A stretch of DNA of 64,000 nt from Candidatus Omnitrophota bacterium (GTDB taxonomy: Bacteria > Omnitrophota > Gorgyraeia > Gygaellales > Profunditerraquicolaceae): NCBI GenBank assembly GCA_003598025.1, contig QZKH01000006.1, positions 247,930 through 311,929 on the forward strand. The letters are read 5' to 3'. The notes under the pieces are model-generated. The model had not been told where the DNA came from. It made no database searches and saw nothing but the letters and a program-made list of their open reading frames with translations. Shown here in pieces: positions 11,031 through 18,454 of the stretch (the first letter of the stretch is position 1; each line of letters starts with the position of its first letter). The position numbers and the translations under genes were made by a program.

Positions 11031-12214
11031 TGAAGAATATTTTATTTTTATCAGCCAGCATGCCTTTCCCCCCTATAGGCGGAGAAAAAATAAGGCCATT
11101 CCATTTTATTAAACATTTATCTGCTATGGGATATAAGATAACCATAGCTGCCTTTACAGGCAGCAAGAGCGTAAGTGATTCAGGCAGCCAGTTTGCTAAT
11201 GTGAAGATGATAGGGATTAAGCTTCCTAAATATATTTCATATTTGCAATGTGCAGGCGGTCTTTTAAGAGATTTGCCGCTTGAAAATAGTTATTTTTATT
11301 CAGGAAGAATGAAGCGGGCTATTGAGCAGGAGCTTAAAATCGGTAATTACGATTTAATCTTTTGCCATTTAGTAAGGATGGCGGAATATGTAAAAAACTA
11401 TAGAGGTATCCTTAAGGTGCTTGATATGTCAGACGCCCTCTCTTACAGATATGGTTTATCCTGCCGTTACAGAAAATGGCCGTTTAATATGATTGAATCT
11501 CTCGAGTCTAAAAGGCTCAAAAAGTTTGAACCGATTTTTGCTTCAAGTTTCGATCTTAACTTAATATCTTCTTCGGTTGATAAAGAATATCTTGAGAAAG
11601 AATTAGGGATTAGCAGGCTTAGTTTGGTAGAAAACGGCATAGATGAAGAGGCCCTAGTCAAAGGGCAAGGTAAATTTGATAACAATAAAATAGTATTTTT
11701 TGCGAATATGCGTACATTTCATAATGTTGATGCAGCCATATATTTCTATAAAGCGATATTCCCATTGATAAAAAAACATAATAAAGATGCCCGGTTTGTT
11801 ATTGCGGGAGCAAATATGCCGTTTGTTTTAAGAAAATTATCAGGAGTTGATAATTCAGTGCAGGTATATAATAATGTAGAAGATATTTATGCTCTCATTA
11901 AAGATTCTTGCGTATCAGTTGCGCCGATGAGAGTCGCTGTCGGTATACAGAATAAGATAATACAATCTATGGCAGCAGGGGTCCCTGTGGTTGCTACCAG
12001 GCTCGGCCTGGGAGGGATACAGGCAAATGAGGGCAGAGAAATATTGCTTGCGGATAATCCTGAAGATTTCTCGGAAAAGGTAATTACGCTTATGCAGGAT
12101 CATAAATTAAGGTCAGAAATAGCCGCATCAGCATTATCTTTGATCAGAGATAAATACCTCTGGACAGGGATAGTAAGAGGACTGGAACAGAAATTACTAA
12201 CTTTAAATAATTAA
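11030..12214 (+). CDS. GT4-like glycosyltransferase (no Glu in EX7E positions: R-x7-K)
   Basis: GT-B architecture; 'RVAVGIQNKIIQSMAAGVPVVATRLGLGGI' aligns with the GT4 donor-binding block. Confidence 0.6.
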   Translation: MKNILFLSASMPFPPIGGEKIRPFHFIKHLSAMGYKITIAAFTGSKSVSDSGSQFANVKMIGIKLPKYISYLQCAGGLLRDLPLENSYFYSGRMKRAIEQELKIGNYDLIFCHLVRMAEYVKNYRGILKVLDMSDALSYRYGLSCRYRKWPFNMIESLESKRLKKFEPIFASSFDLNLISSSVDKEYLEKELGISRLSLVENGIDEEALVKGQGKFDNNKIVFFANMRTFHNVDAAIYFYKAIFPLIKKHNKDARFVIAGANMPFVLRKLSGVDNSVQVYNNVEDIYALIKDSCVSVAPMRVAVGIQNKIIQSMAAGVPVVATRLGLGGIQANEGREILLADNPEDFSEKVITLMQDHKLRSEIAASALSLIRDKYLWTGIVRGLEQKLLTLNN

Positions 12215-12217
12215 GCC

Positions 12218-12883
12218 GTGAATAAAGAGTATAAGGTAAAAAGAACCTTTGATTTAATTCTTTCGCTAGCAGGGATGTTTTTTAGCTTTCCTTTATGGGT
12301 AATCATTATGCTTGCTATAATGCTTGAGGACGGCTTGCCGGTATTTTATATACAGGAGAGGGTAGGTAGGTTTGGCAAGATATTTATGGGTATAAAGTTC
12401 AGGTCTATGGTCAAGAATGCAGAAAAAGCTTCAGGCCCTGTTCAGGCGGTTGAAAACGACCCCAGGGTAACAAAGGTAGGCAGGATACTCCGGAAGACAG
12501 CGATGGATGAATTGCCTCAATTGATCAATATAGCTAAAGGGCAAATGTCTTTCGTCGGGCCGAGGGCTTTAAGGCCGATAGAGTGCGGTGTTGACGGTTC
12601 TTTGATTTCAGACAATAGTGATAAAGAATTTAATACCAGGCATCAGGTTATGCCAGGGCTTACCGGGGCGGCTCAGGTATTAGCTCCCAGGTCCGTATCA
12701 AGAAAGGATAAATTAAGGTACGATCTTTGGTATATTGAAAATCAGTCATTTTTACTGGATGTCAACCTTATAATATATTCTTTTTGGATAAGTTTTAAAA
12801 GTAAATGGGACAGCTCAAGGAGCCCATTGCCAAGGCAAGCCAATATCTTCGGTAAATCACAATTCCTGACACCTGGCCCCTAA
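12218..12883 (+). CDS. Initiating phosphoglycosyl (sugar) transferase, small PglC/WbaP-C-terminal family
   Basis: One N-terminal membrane helix, then 'GLPVFYIQERVGRFGKIFMGIKFRSM...DELPQLINIAKGQMSFVGPRALRP', the bacterial sugar transferase signature. Confidence 0.85.
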   Translation: MNKEYKVKRTFDLILSLAGMFFSFPLWVIIMLAIMLEDGLPVFYIQERVGRFGKIFMGIKFRSMVKNAEKASGPVQAVENDPRVTKVGRILRKTAMDELPQLINIAKGQMSFVGPRALRPIECGVDGSLISDNSDKEFNTRHQVMPGLTGAAQVLAPRSVSRKDKLRYDLWYIENQSFLLDVNLIIYSFWISFKSKWDSSRSPLPRQANIFGKSQFLTPGP

Positions 12884-12982
12884 ATCCTAATAATTGGTAT
12901 TAACTGGGCATCGGGACTTAGGAATTGAATTAGGTTGACTTTAAAGGTCATTTGTGGCATACTTATATTGAAGGAGAGTAAA

Positions 12983-13201
12983 ATGAGAAGACAGAAAAGA
13001 GCATATAAATTATTTTTTATCTTATTGGTAGCTATAGGGTTATGTAGCTATGTAGGGAGAGTTTATGCCCAGGGTAGCATTGATGTAACTCAGGATAAGG
13101 AAGAAGCTTCAAAATTCAAGCCAGGTCAGAAGGACACGGATAAAAAACCTCTTGATACTAAATTTAAATTAAGCCTGCCCCAGCCTCTTTTAATTCAATA
13201 A
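12983..13201 (+). CDS. Small secreted Lys/Asp-rich protein (signal peptide, about 50-aa mature part)
   Basis: A GGAGAG RBS sits at 12968-12975, 7 nt upstream of the ATG at 12983. The signal peptide is 'MRRQKRAYKLFFILLVAIGLCSYVGRVYA|QGS'. The track ORF starts further upstream at 12935. Confidence 0.35.
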   Translation: MRRQKRAYKLFFILLVAIGLCSYVGRVYAQGSIDVTQDKEEASKFKPGQKDTDKKPLDTKFKLSLPQPLLIQ

Positions 13202-13203
13202 TC

Positions 13204-14511
13204 TTAGCTGGTTCTTTTGTCCATAATAAATACACTTGTATCTATGCTTTTGGCTTTCTTTTTTACTTCTGCGGCGATATTTGTTGCTTCGGCATAGCTG
13301 TTTATTTGCCTGTGCTGGTTGGTTACCCCTGCCAGGGATATTGTCATGATAGGAAATTCTTTAATGGAGCCGTCTCTGGCGTGAGATACGATATGGCCCT
13401 TGGCCAGGTCTTCGGCATTAAATAAACTCTTGATGCGGGCATCAAATTCTTTTATTATATATTCCGCAATAATATTTGCCTTATCCGGCGTAGTAAGGAT
13501 TATAAAGTCATCCCCGCCTTCGTGGCCTACAAAATCATCAGCGTTACCGAGTTTTTGTACAGCCTCCTTAAATATATCCGAAGTCAATTTAATTGCTTTA
13601 TCTCCCTGGGCAATGCCATATTTGTCGTTATATGCCTTAAAATTATCCAGATCACTGTAGATTAAAGCAAATTTTCTATTTGTGTTTATATAATCTTCTG
13701 CTTTATCCTGGATCACGATGTTGCCGGGCAGCTTGGTGAGAGGATTTGCGTTTTCAGCTATCTCCTTCATTTTAACCAGTTTTTGCGCCATATAATTAAA
13801 TGTTTCCCCAAGGTCTTCGAGTTCGTCGTTAGTGCGTATGTTCACGCGCACCGATAGGTCGCCTTCAGCTATTATTTTTGTCACCTGGTCAAGCATTTTC
13901 ACCGGGCCAATCACTATTTTAGAAATAATATATCCTAAAATAATATTTGCCAGTATAATTATGATTGCAGAAAATATTACACTCCTGAATATAGCTGTAA
14001 AAGCCTCCTGGATATCTCCCAGGCTGAATGATAATTTGCACAAATATTGCTGGGTCTGGTTTTTTATCAACAGATAGGCCTCTAATGTCCTGGTAAATTT
14101 ATCAATCTCAGTAATAAACCATTTATTTTCCGAGAAAGACTTTCCAAACTCTCCCCATTTTACTATATCTTTATAACGGACCGATGGACCGCCTGCATCA
14201 TTGGTTGTGCCTACGACTACGCCGTTTTTATCAAAGATGATTGCATCGCTAAAAAGCCCGGTTTCTTTTAATTTTATCAAGCTGAAAGATAACTCTGATT
14301 GCAGGTCCTGAGGATCGTGCTGAGCTATTATTGAGTCCAGGTTGTTTTTGACGATCCTGATCGAAAGGTTGGCATGGAAAGAATTGTAGCGCGTCAGATC
14401 ATCGAGCTTGCTGTTCAGTTGTATGACAGTAAAAGCACTGATGAATATCACTGATGATATGACCATCAGCGTGATTATGCGGTTCTGAAGCGTTAATTTG
14501 ATAGCAGGCAT
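13204..14511 (-). CDS. Membrane sensor with periplasmic domain, HAMP and a GGDEF-type domain (variant GGDDF motif, no RxxD I-site)
   Basis: TM1 is at the N-terminus, followed by a periplasmic region of about 140 aa and TM2. The HAMP region is 'DLSVRVNIRTNDELEDLGETFNYMAQKL'. The GGDEF-like region is 'LIYSDLDNFKAYNDKYGIAQGDKAIK...FVGHEGGDDFIILT'. Confidence 0.7.
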   Translation of the reverse strand: MPAIKLTLQNRIITLMVISSVIFISAFTVIQLNSKLDDLTRYNSFHANLSIRIVKNNLDSIIAQHDPQDLQSELSFSLIKLKETGLFSDAIIFDKNGVVVGTTNDAGGPSVRYKDIVKWGEFGKSFSENKWFITEIDKFTRTLEAYLLIKNQTQQYLCKLSFSLGDIQEAFTAIFRSVIFSAIIIILANIILGYIISKIVIGPVKMLDQVTKIIAEGDLSVRVNIRTNDELEDLGETFNYMAQKLVKMKEIAENANPLTKLPGNIVIQDKAEDYINTNRKFALIYSDLDNFKAYNDKYGIAQGDKAIKLTSDIFKEAVQKLGNADDFVGHEGGDDFIILTTPDKANIIAEYIIKEFDARIKSLFNAEDLAKGHIVSHARDGSIKEFPIMTISLAGVTNQHRQINSYAEATNIAAEVKKKAKSIDTSVFIMDKRTS

Positions 14512-14534
14512 ATTATCTTTAATTTGTTTTCCTT

Positions 14535-14563
14535 AGTATATAATAGGTAAAAATGGGAGTCAA
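14535..14563 (-). promoter_or_regulatory. Candidate promoter TTGACT-N17-TATACT on the minus strand for the HAMP-GGDEF gene
   Basis: -35 is the complement of AGTCAA at 14558-63 and -10 is the complement of AGTATA at 14535-40. It is divergent from the + promoter across the repeat element. Confidence 0.3.
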
Positions 14564-14579
14564 ACAATTATTAGTTCTT

Positions 14580-14666
14580 GGTTCATAGTTGATAGTTCAT
14601 AGAAATTGCCAGTATTCATGAACAATGAATCATGAACTATGAACCATGTCTGCCGACAGGCAGGTA
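14580..14666. repeat. Composite intergenic repeat element, copy 1
   Basis: Heptads GTTCATA GTTGATA GTTCATA G at 14581-14602. An 11-bp perfect inverted repeat pairs GGTTCATAGTT (14580-90) with AACTATGAACC (14635-45). The hairpin CTGCC-GACA-GGCAG lies at 14651-14664. The element sits between divergent promoters. Confidence 0.7.
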
Positions 14667-14679
14667 ATAGAGAATTTGA

Positions 14680-14708
14680 TTGACCGCATTGGTTTTCAGT
14701 ATTAAAAT
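14680..14708 (+). promoter_or_regulatory. Candidate sigma70 promoter TTGACC-N17-TAAAAT for the 14725-19414 operon
   Basis: -35 at 14680-85, -10 at 14703-08, ATG at 14725. Confidence 0.4.
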
Positions 14709-14724
14709 TACTACTATAAATATT

Positions 14725-15174
14725 ATGAAAAAAATAATTGTGCCCTTCGGTATAAAGACGATTTGCAGCATTTATATTTTTAATGCTGTTTTATATTCAC
14801 TCTTGCTGATCTTCTTTCACAATAATATATATATACTCGGCAAGAAGGTACCTCCTGCCTTGTCATTATTTTCACAGTCTTTACTTGTGCTTATCCCGGT
14901 ATACCTTTTTTTTGTGCTTAAGAAACTAAGGATTGAGGCATGGTTTATCGCCGTGTTCTTTCAGTGTTTTTTCTTGGCAAATAACCTTTTGCAATACCTT
15001 GAGCATGAGGGTTTTGGTTTTTCTTTGATACGTACTGCCGGATTAAATGAAAATGCAGCTTTACTAACTCCGATGCAGATCTGGGTCCTGGTTTTAAATT
15101 CTGCGCTTAATCTGGCAATCCTGCTCTATCTATTGAAAAATATGGTCTATTTTAAATTCAGGCTGAGGTACTAA
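14725..15174 (+). CDS. Small polytopic membrane protein, unknown function (first gene of the operon)
   Basis: Hydrophobic 150-aa ORF. The start was chosen at Met 14725, downstream of a TTGACC-17-TAAAAT promoter; the track start at 14680 would overlap the -35 element. Confidence 0.4.
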   Translation: MKKIIVPFGIKTICSIYIFNAVLYSLLLIFFHNNIYILGKKVPPALSLFSQSLLVLIPVYLFFVLKKLRIEAWFIAVFFQCFFLANNLLQYLEHEGFGFSLIRTAGLNENAALLTPMQIWVLVLNSALNLAILLYLLKNMVYFKFRLRY

Positions 15175-15177
15175 AGT

Positions 15178-16842
15178 ATGAAGAACGGGATATTAAGATT
15201 TCTTAAAAAGACTTATAAGGTGCTAGTCATCGTGGTGGCGGCGGTTATTTTTTTCCTGGGCTATAACGTTTATTTGGTTGACCGCTCCCTGGAGAACTTA
15301 AAGACTTCTCTGGATAAAATCAGTAAATTAGATAATTTAGAAGATGCTAAAGGTCTGGCAAGCGCACTGGATTATTCATTGTTAAACGAAATATCCTCAC
15401 CTGATTTAGAGGCGGCTAATTTTTCAAGGATAGAGATGGCTAAGGATATGCTTTCAAAAACACAAGATCAGGGGCAGGTTGAAGATGTTAAGTTTGCGTT
15501 ATCTGAGGCGATCAAAGAAAAAGAAGAAGCCAGAAGCCCGGTTTTAAGAGCCATTGATAAAATAAACCAGGTATTCGCAAGAAAAACAAATGAGATATCT
15601 GAATCTCAGTTAAGGGGCAGGATAGGGGCTTTAGAAAATAAAGTCTTAAGAGTGAGCGACAGAGAACAGGCTCAGCAGTTATTTTATGAAATAGGCAACC
15701 TTTATGTTCAGATATCAGATTTTGACAAAGCAAAAGAAGCTTTTAAAAAATCTATTCAGCGGTCTCCGGATTCGCAGTTAGCTGCTAAGGCTCAGTTTAA
15801 TCTTGCCTGGGCTGAGAAAAGAGGGGGGAATCTTGATTCGGCAATCGAAGAGTTTAAGAAATTAAGCGATAGCTCTTCGGCCGGACAGCTTGCAGATTCA
15901 AGCCTGTATCAGATTGCAGACACTTATAGAAAGAAAGGTGAGTTTGATAAGGCGATAGATTATTATAAGGAGGCGGCCAAAGAAAGCACTAATCAGGATC
16001 TGGCTCAGTTAGCGCAGCTAAATGTCGGCTATACCTATCTCTATGATGTAAAGGATTATGATAAAGCAAGAGATTATCTTGAGGACACCAAAAGCGTTAT
16101 TGGGGATGATGGTGTAGCCAGGCACATTGAGAAAAAAGTTATCCCTGGTATTTCTTCCCAATATGTTAGGGATGGTTTCAGGCTGCTGAATGAAGGAAGG
16201 GCCCTTTCTGACAAGCAAAGATTCGTACTGGCAATAAATAAGTTTGACCAGGCAATCGCTGCCGATGCACAAGGGGGAGCTCCTTATTCAGGCAAGGCTT
16301 TGGCTTATCTATGGCTTGATGACCCCGATAGAGCGCTTGATGCTGCAAGAAAAGCAGTGAAGTTTTCTCCAAATGATGAGCTGGCAAGGGTAAATCTCGG
16401 GTATATTTATATTGAGCTGGAGATAGTAGGTGAGGCCATTATTGAGTTTAAAAAATTGATTTCCATAAACCCTTTCAGCCATCTAGCATATTATAATCTT
16501 GGTTATGCCTATATACTTGAAAACAGGCTTGATGAGGCGATAGAAGCATTTATGCAATCTGTAAATATAGATCCCCATTTTTCAATGGGGTATAATAATA
16601 TAGGGTGGTGTAATTGGCAATTGGGCAGGTATGCTGCGGCTACGGAAGCGTTCGAAAAAGCGATAAAAATAGACCCGGATTTTCTCGATGCCCGCTTTAA
16701 TTTAGCTATGGTCTACCGTAACCTCGGCAGGTTTGAGGAAGCCAGGGATATGCTTGATAAGATATTAAAAAAAGACCCTCAATATCCTGAGGCAGAAGTT
16801 TATCTTGATGATACGGAAAGATTTCTTAAGAAGAAACAATGA
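15178..16842 (+). CDS. Membrane-anchored TPR-repeat protein
   Basis: An N-terminal TM helix, a coiled-coil region, then multiple TPR-like repeats (for example 'AYYNLGYAYILENRLDEAIEAF', 'GYNNIGWCNWQLGRYAAATEAFEKAIKIDPDF'). Confidence 0.7.
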   Translation: MKNGILRFLKKTYKVLVIVVAAVIFFLGYNVYLVDRSLENLKTSLDKISKLDNLEDAKGLASALDYSLLNEISSPDLEAANFSRIEMAKDMLSKTQDQGQVEDVKFALSEAIKEKEEARSPVLRAIDKINQVFARKTNEISESQLRGRIGALENKVLRVSDREQAQQLFYEIGNLYVQISDFDKAKEAFKKSIQRSPDSQLAAKAQFNLAWAEKRGGNLDSAIEEFKKLSDSSSAGQLADSSLYQIADTYRKKGEFDKAIDYYKEAAKESTNQDLAQLAQLNVGYTYLYDVKDYDKARDYLEDTKSVIGDDGVARHIEKKVIPGISSQYVRDGFRLLNEGRALSDKQRFVLAINKFDQAIAADAQGGAPYSGKALAYLWLDDPDRALDAARKAVKFSPNDELARVNLGYIYIELEIVGEAIIEFKKLISINPFSHLAYYNLGYAYILENRLDEAIEAFMQSVNIDPHFSMGYNNIGWCNWQLGRYAAATEAFEKAIKIDPDFLDARFNLAMVYRNLGRFEEARDMLDKILKKDPQYPEAEVYLDDTERFLKKKQ

Positions 16843-18023
16843 TATTTACTGCGGTTTATTCAGCGGCAAAATACATGGCAAAATTATTTATTTTTTTATT
16901 CCTGTTAACCTATCTTTATCCAGGAAACATATCAGCTGCTAAGGCGCCCTCGCCCGAATTAATTGTTTTTCATTCCCCGAGTTGCCATAAGTGCCTGCAA
17001 TTCAAGAAGGACTCATTACCTGATATTCAAAAGAGATTTGACGGAAGGATAAAATTTTCCCTTATTGATATCACCGGTATTGATAATTATAAGTTTTTTT
17101 TGTCACTAAAAGATAAATATGGCAAGGGGAAAGAAAAAGAGACTAATTCATTGCCCGTGATTTTTTTTAACGGCGAGTTTGTAGCTGCCGATCAAGAATT
17201 AGGGCTGTATTTAGATAGCGCCTTAAGTAAGATTGATAAAGAAAAGCGTCCCATAGAAACATATACACCAGTAAATTTAGTCCAGCGCTTTATGTCTTTT
17301 AGCCCCATAGCAATAATGAGCGCAGGCCTTATTGACGGTATAAACCCATGCGCTTTTACCGTAATAGTATTTTTTATCTCTTTTTTAGCTTTACAGGGGT
17401 ATAGAAAAAGGCACCTTGCGGCAATAGGCCTGGCATTTATACTGGCAGTTTTTGTTACTTACGTGCTTATTGGATTAGGGCTGTTCGGATTTCTTTATAA
17501 AATCAATGATTTTTATGTTATAACAAGAGTGCTTAATGTTTCAATCGGGCTGTTTTGTTTTGTTATCGGATTCCTGAGCATAAGAGATATATATATTTAC
17601 AAAAGAAGCGGTAAATTTGATTCTGTAAGCCTTAAATTGCCGGATACTGTTAAAAGACGGATACAAAATGTAATCGGCATGTCTTTCAGAAATAAACAGG
17701 CCCAGGGATTCAAGCTTATAATTACAGCTTTGGCAACAGGATTTATTATCTCAATATTCGAGGCAGTATGTACCGGACAGGTCTATTTACCGACGATAAC
17801 ATTTGTTCTGAAAACCACCGACCTAAAACTGCGTGCTTTTATCTACCTCTTGCTTTATAATATCATGTTTATTGTTCCTTTGGTGGCAGTATTTATTTTG
17901 TCCCTCTTCGGAGCAACGCATGTTTCGTTCAGTAAATTTATAAACAGGTATTTTATTTCTATAAAAATTATTATTGCTTTTTTGCTTTTTACTTTCGGTA
18001 TACTTTTGGTGCGCGGGATATGA
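16839..18023 (+). CDS. Thioredoxin-fold domain fused to a CcdA/DsbD-family transmembrane disulfide transporter
   Basis: The signal/anchor segment is followed by the thioredoxin-like 'FHSPSCHKC' CxxC motif. The CcdA-like core has Cys in TM helices ('GINPCAFTVIVFF', 'FEAVCTGQVYLP'). Confidence 0.7.
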   Translation: MIFTAVYSAAKYMAKLFIFLFLLTYLYPGNISAAKAPSPELIVFHSPSCHKCLQFKKDSLPDIQKRFDGRIKFSLIDITGIDNYKFFLSLKDKYGKGKEKETNSLPVIFFNGEFVAADQELGLYLDSALSKIDKEKRPIETYTPVNLVQRFMSFSPIAIMSAGLIDGINPCAFTVIVFFISFLALQGYRKRHLAAIGLAFILAVFVTYVLIGLGLFGFLYKINDFYVITRVLNVSIGLFCFVIGFLSIRDIYIYKRSGKFDSVSLKLPDTVKRRIQNVIGMSFRNKQAQGFKLIITALATGFIISIFEAVCTGQVYLPTITFVLKTTDLKLRAFIYLLLYNIMFIVPLVAVFILSLFGATHVSFSKFINRYFISIKIIIAFLLFTFGILLVRGI

Positions 18024-18433
18024 AAAACATAAAGTTAAATCACCTTTGTATAAGCTTTTTACTTGTATTTGTACTTTTTTTTAGTAATGGCTTATTATAT
18101 GCTAAAAGTACGGTTATTACTGATCTAGGTAACGAGGAACAGATGCATTGGGATTTTGGAAGAGTAAAGCAGGGGGTCGTATTAAAGCACATTTTTATTT
18201 TATCAAATGATTCAGGGCAGGACCTGATAATTAAAGACGTTACGACTTCTTGCGGTTGTACTGTTTCAAAGGTGAAGAAGAAAGCCCTTAAGCCTAAAGA
18301 GAGCACCGATATTGAAGTATCTTTTAACACAAAAGGATATTTTGGCAAAACCAGGCAGTTTGTTTATGTTGCCACAGATAATATAGAAGTTCCGGTTATA
18401 CGTTTTATCGTTGAGGCTGAAATTGTAAAGTAG
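18020..18433 (+). CDS. Secreted DUF1573-like protein
   Basis: Signal peptide present; 'VTTSCGCTVSKV...' is a DUF1573-type motif and the size is about 130 aa. The start overlaps the previous gene (ATGA). Confidence 0.55.
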   Translation: MKNIKLNHLCISFLLVFVLFFSNGLLYAKSTVITDLGNEEQMHWDFGRVKQGVVLKHIFILSNDSGQDLIIKDVTTSCGCTVSKVKKKALKPKESTDIEVSFNTKGYFGKTRQFVYVATDNIEVPVIRFIVEAEIVK

Positions 18434-18454
18434 CCTAAAAGGAGGCAAGGCGCA

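Noticed and set aside
12935-13201. Longer N-terminal extensions of several ORFs in the track: 12935, 14680, 42280, 59752 and 61467.
   Set aside because: Downstream in-frame Mets give better RBS spacing, avoid overlap with promoters or upstream genes, and match the conserved N-termini of the families (signal peptide, MtnA, FabD MINKSG, ACP MSVQDK).
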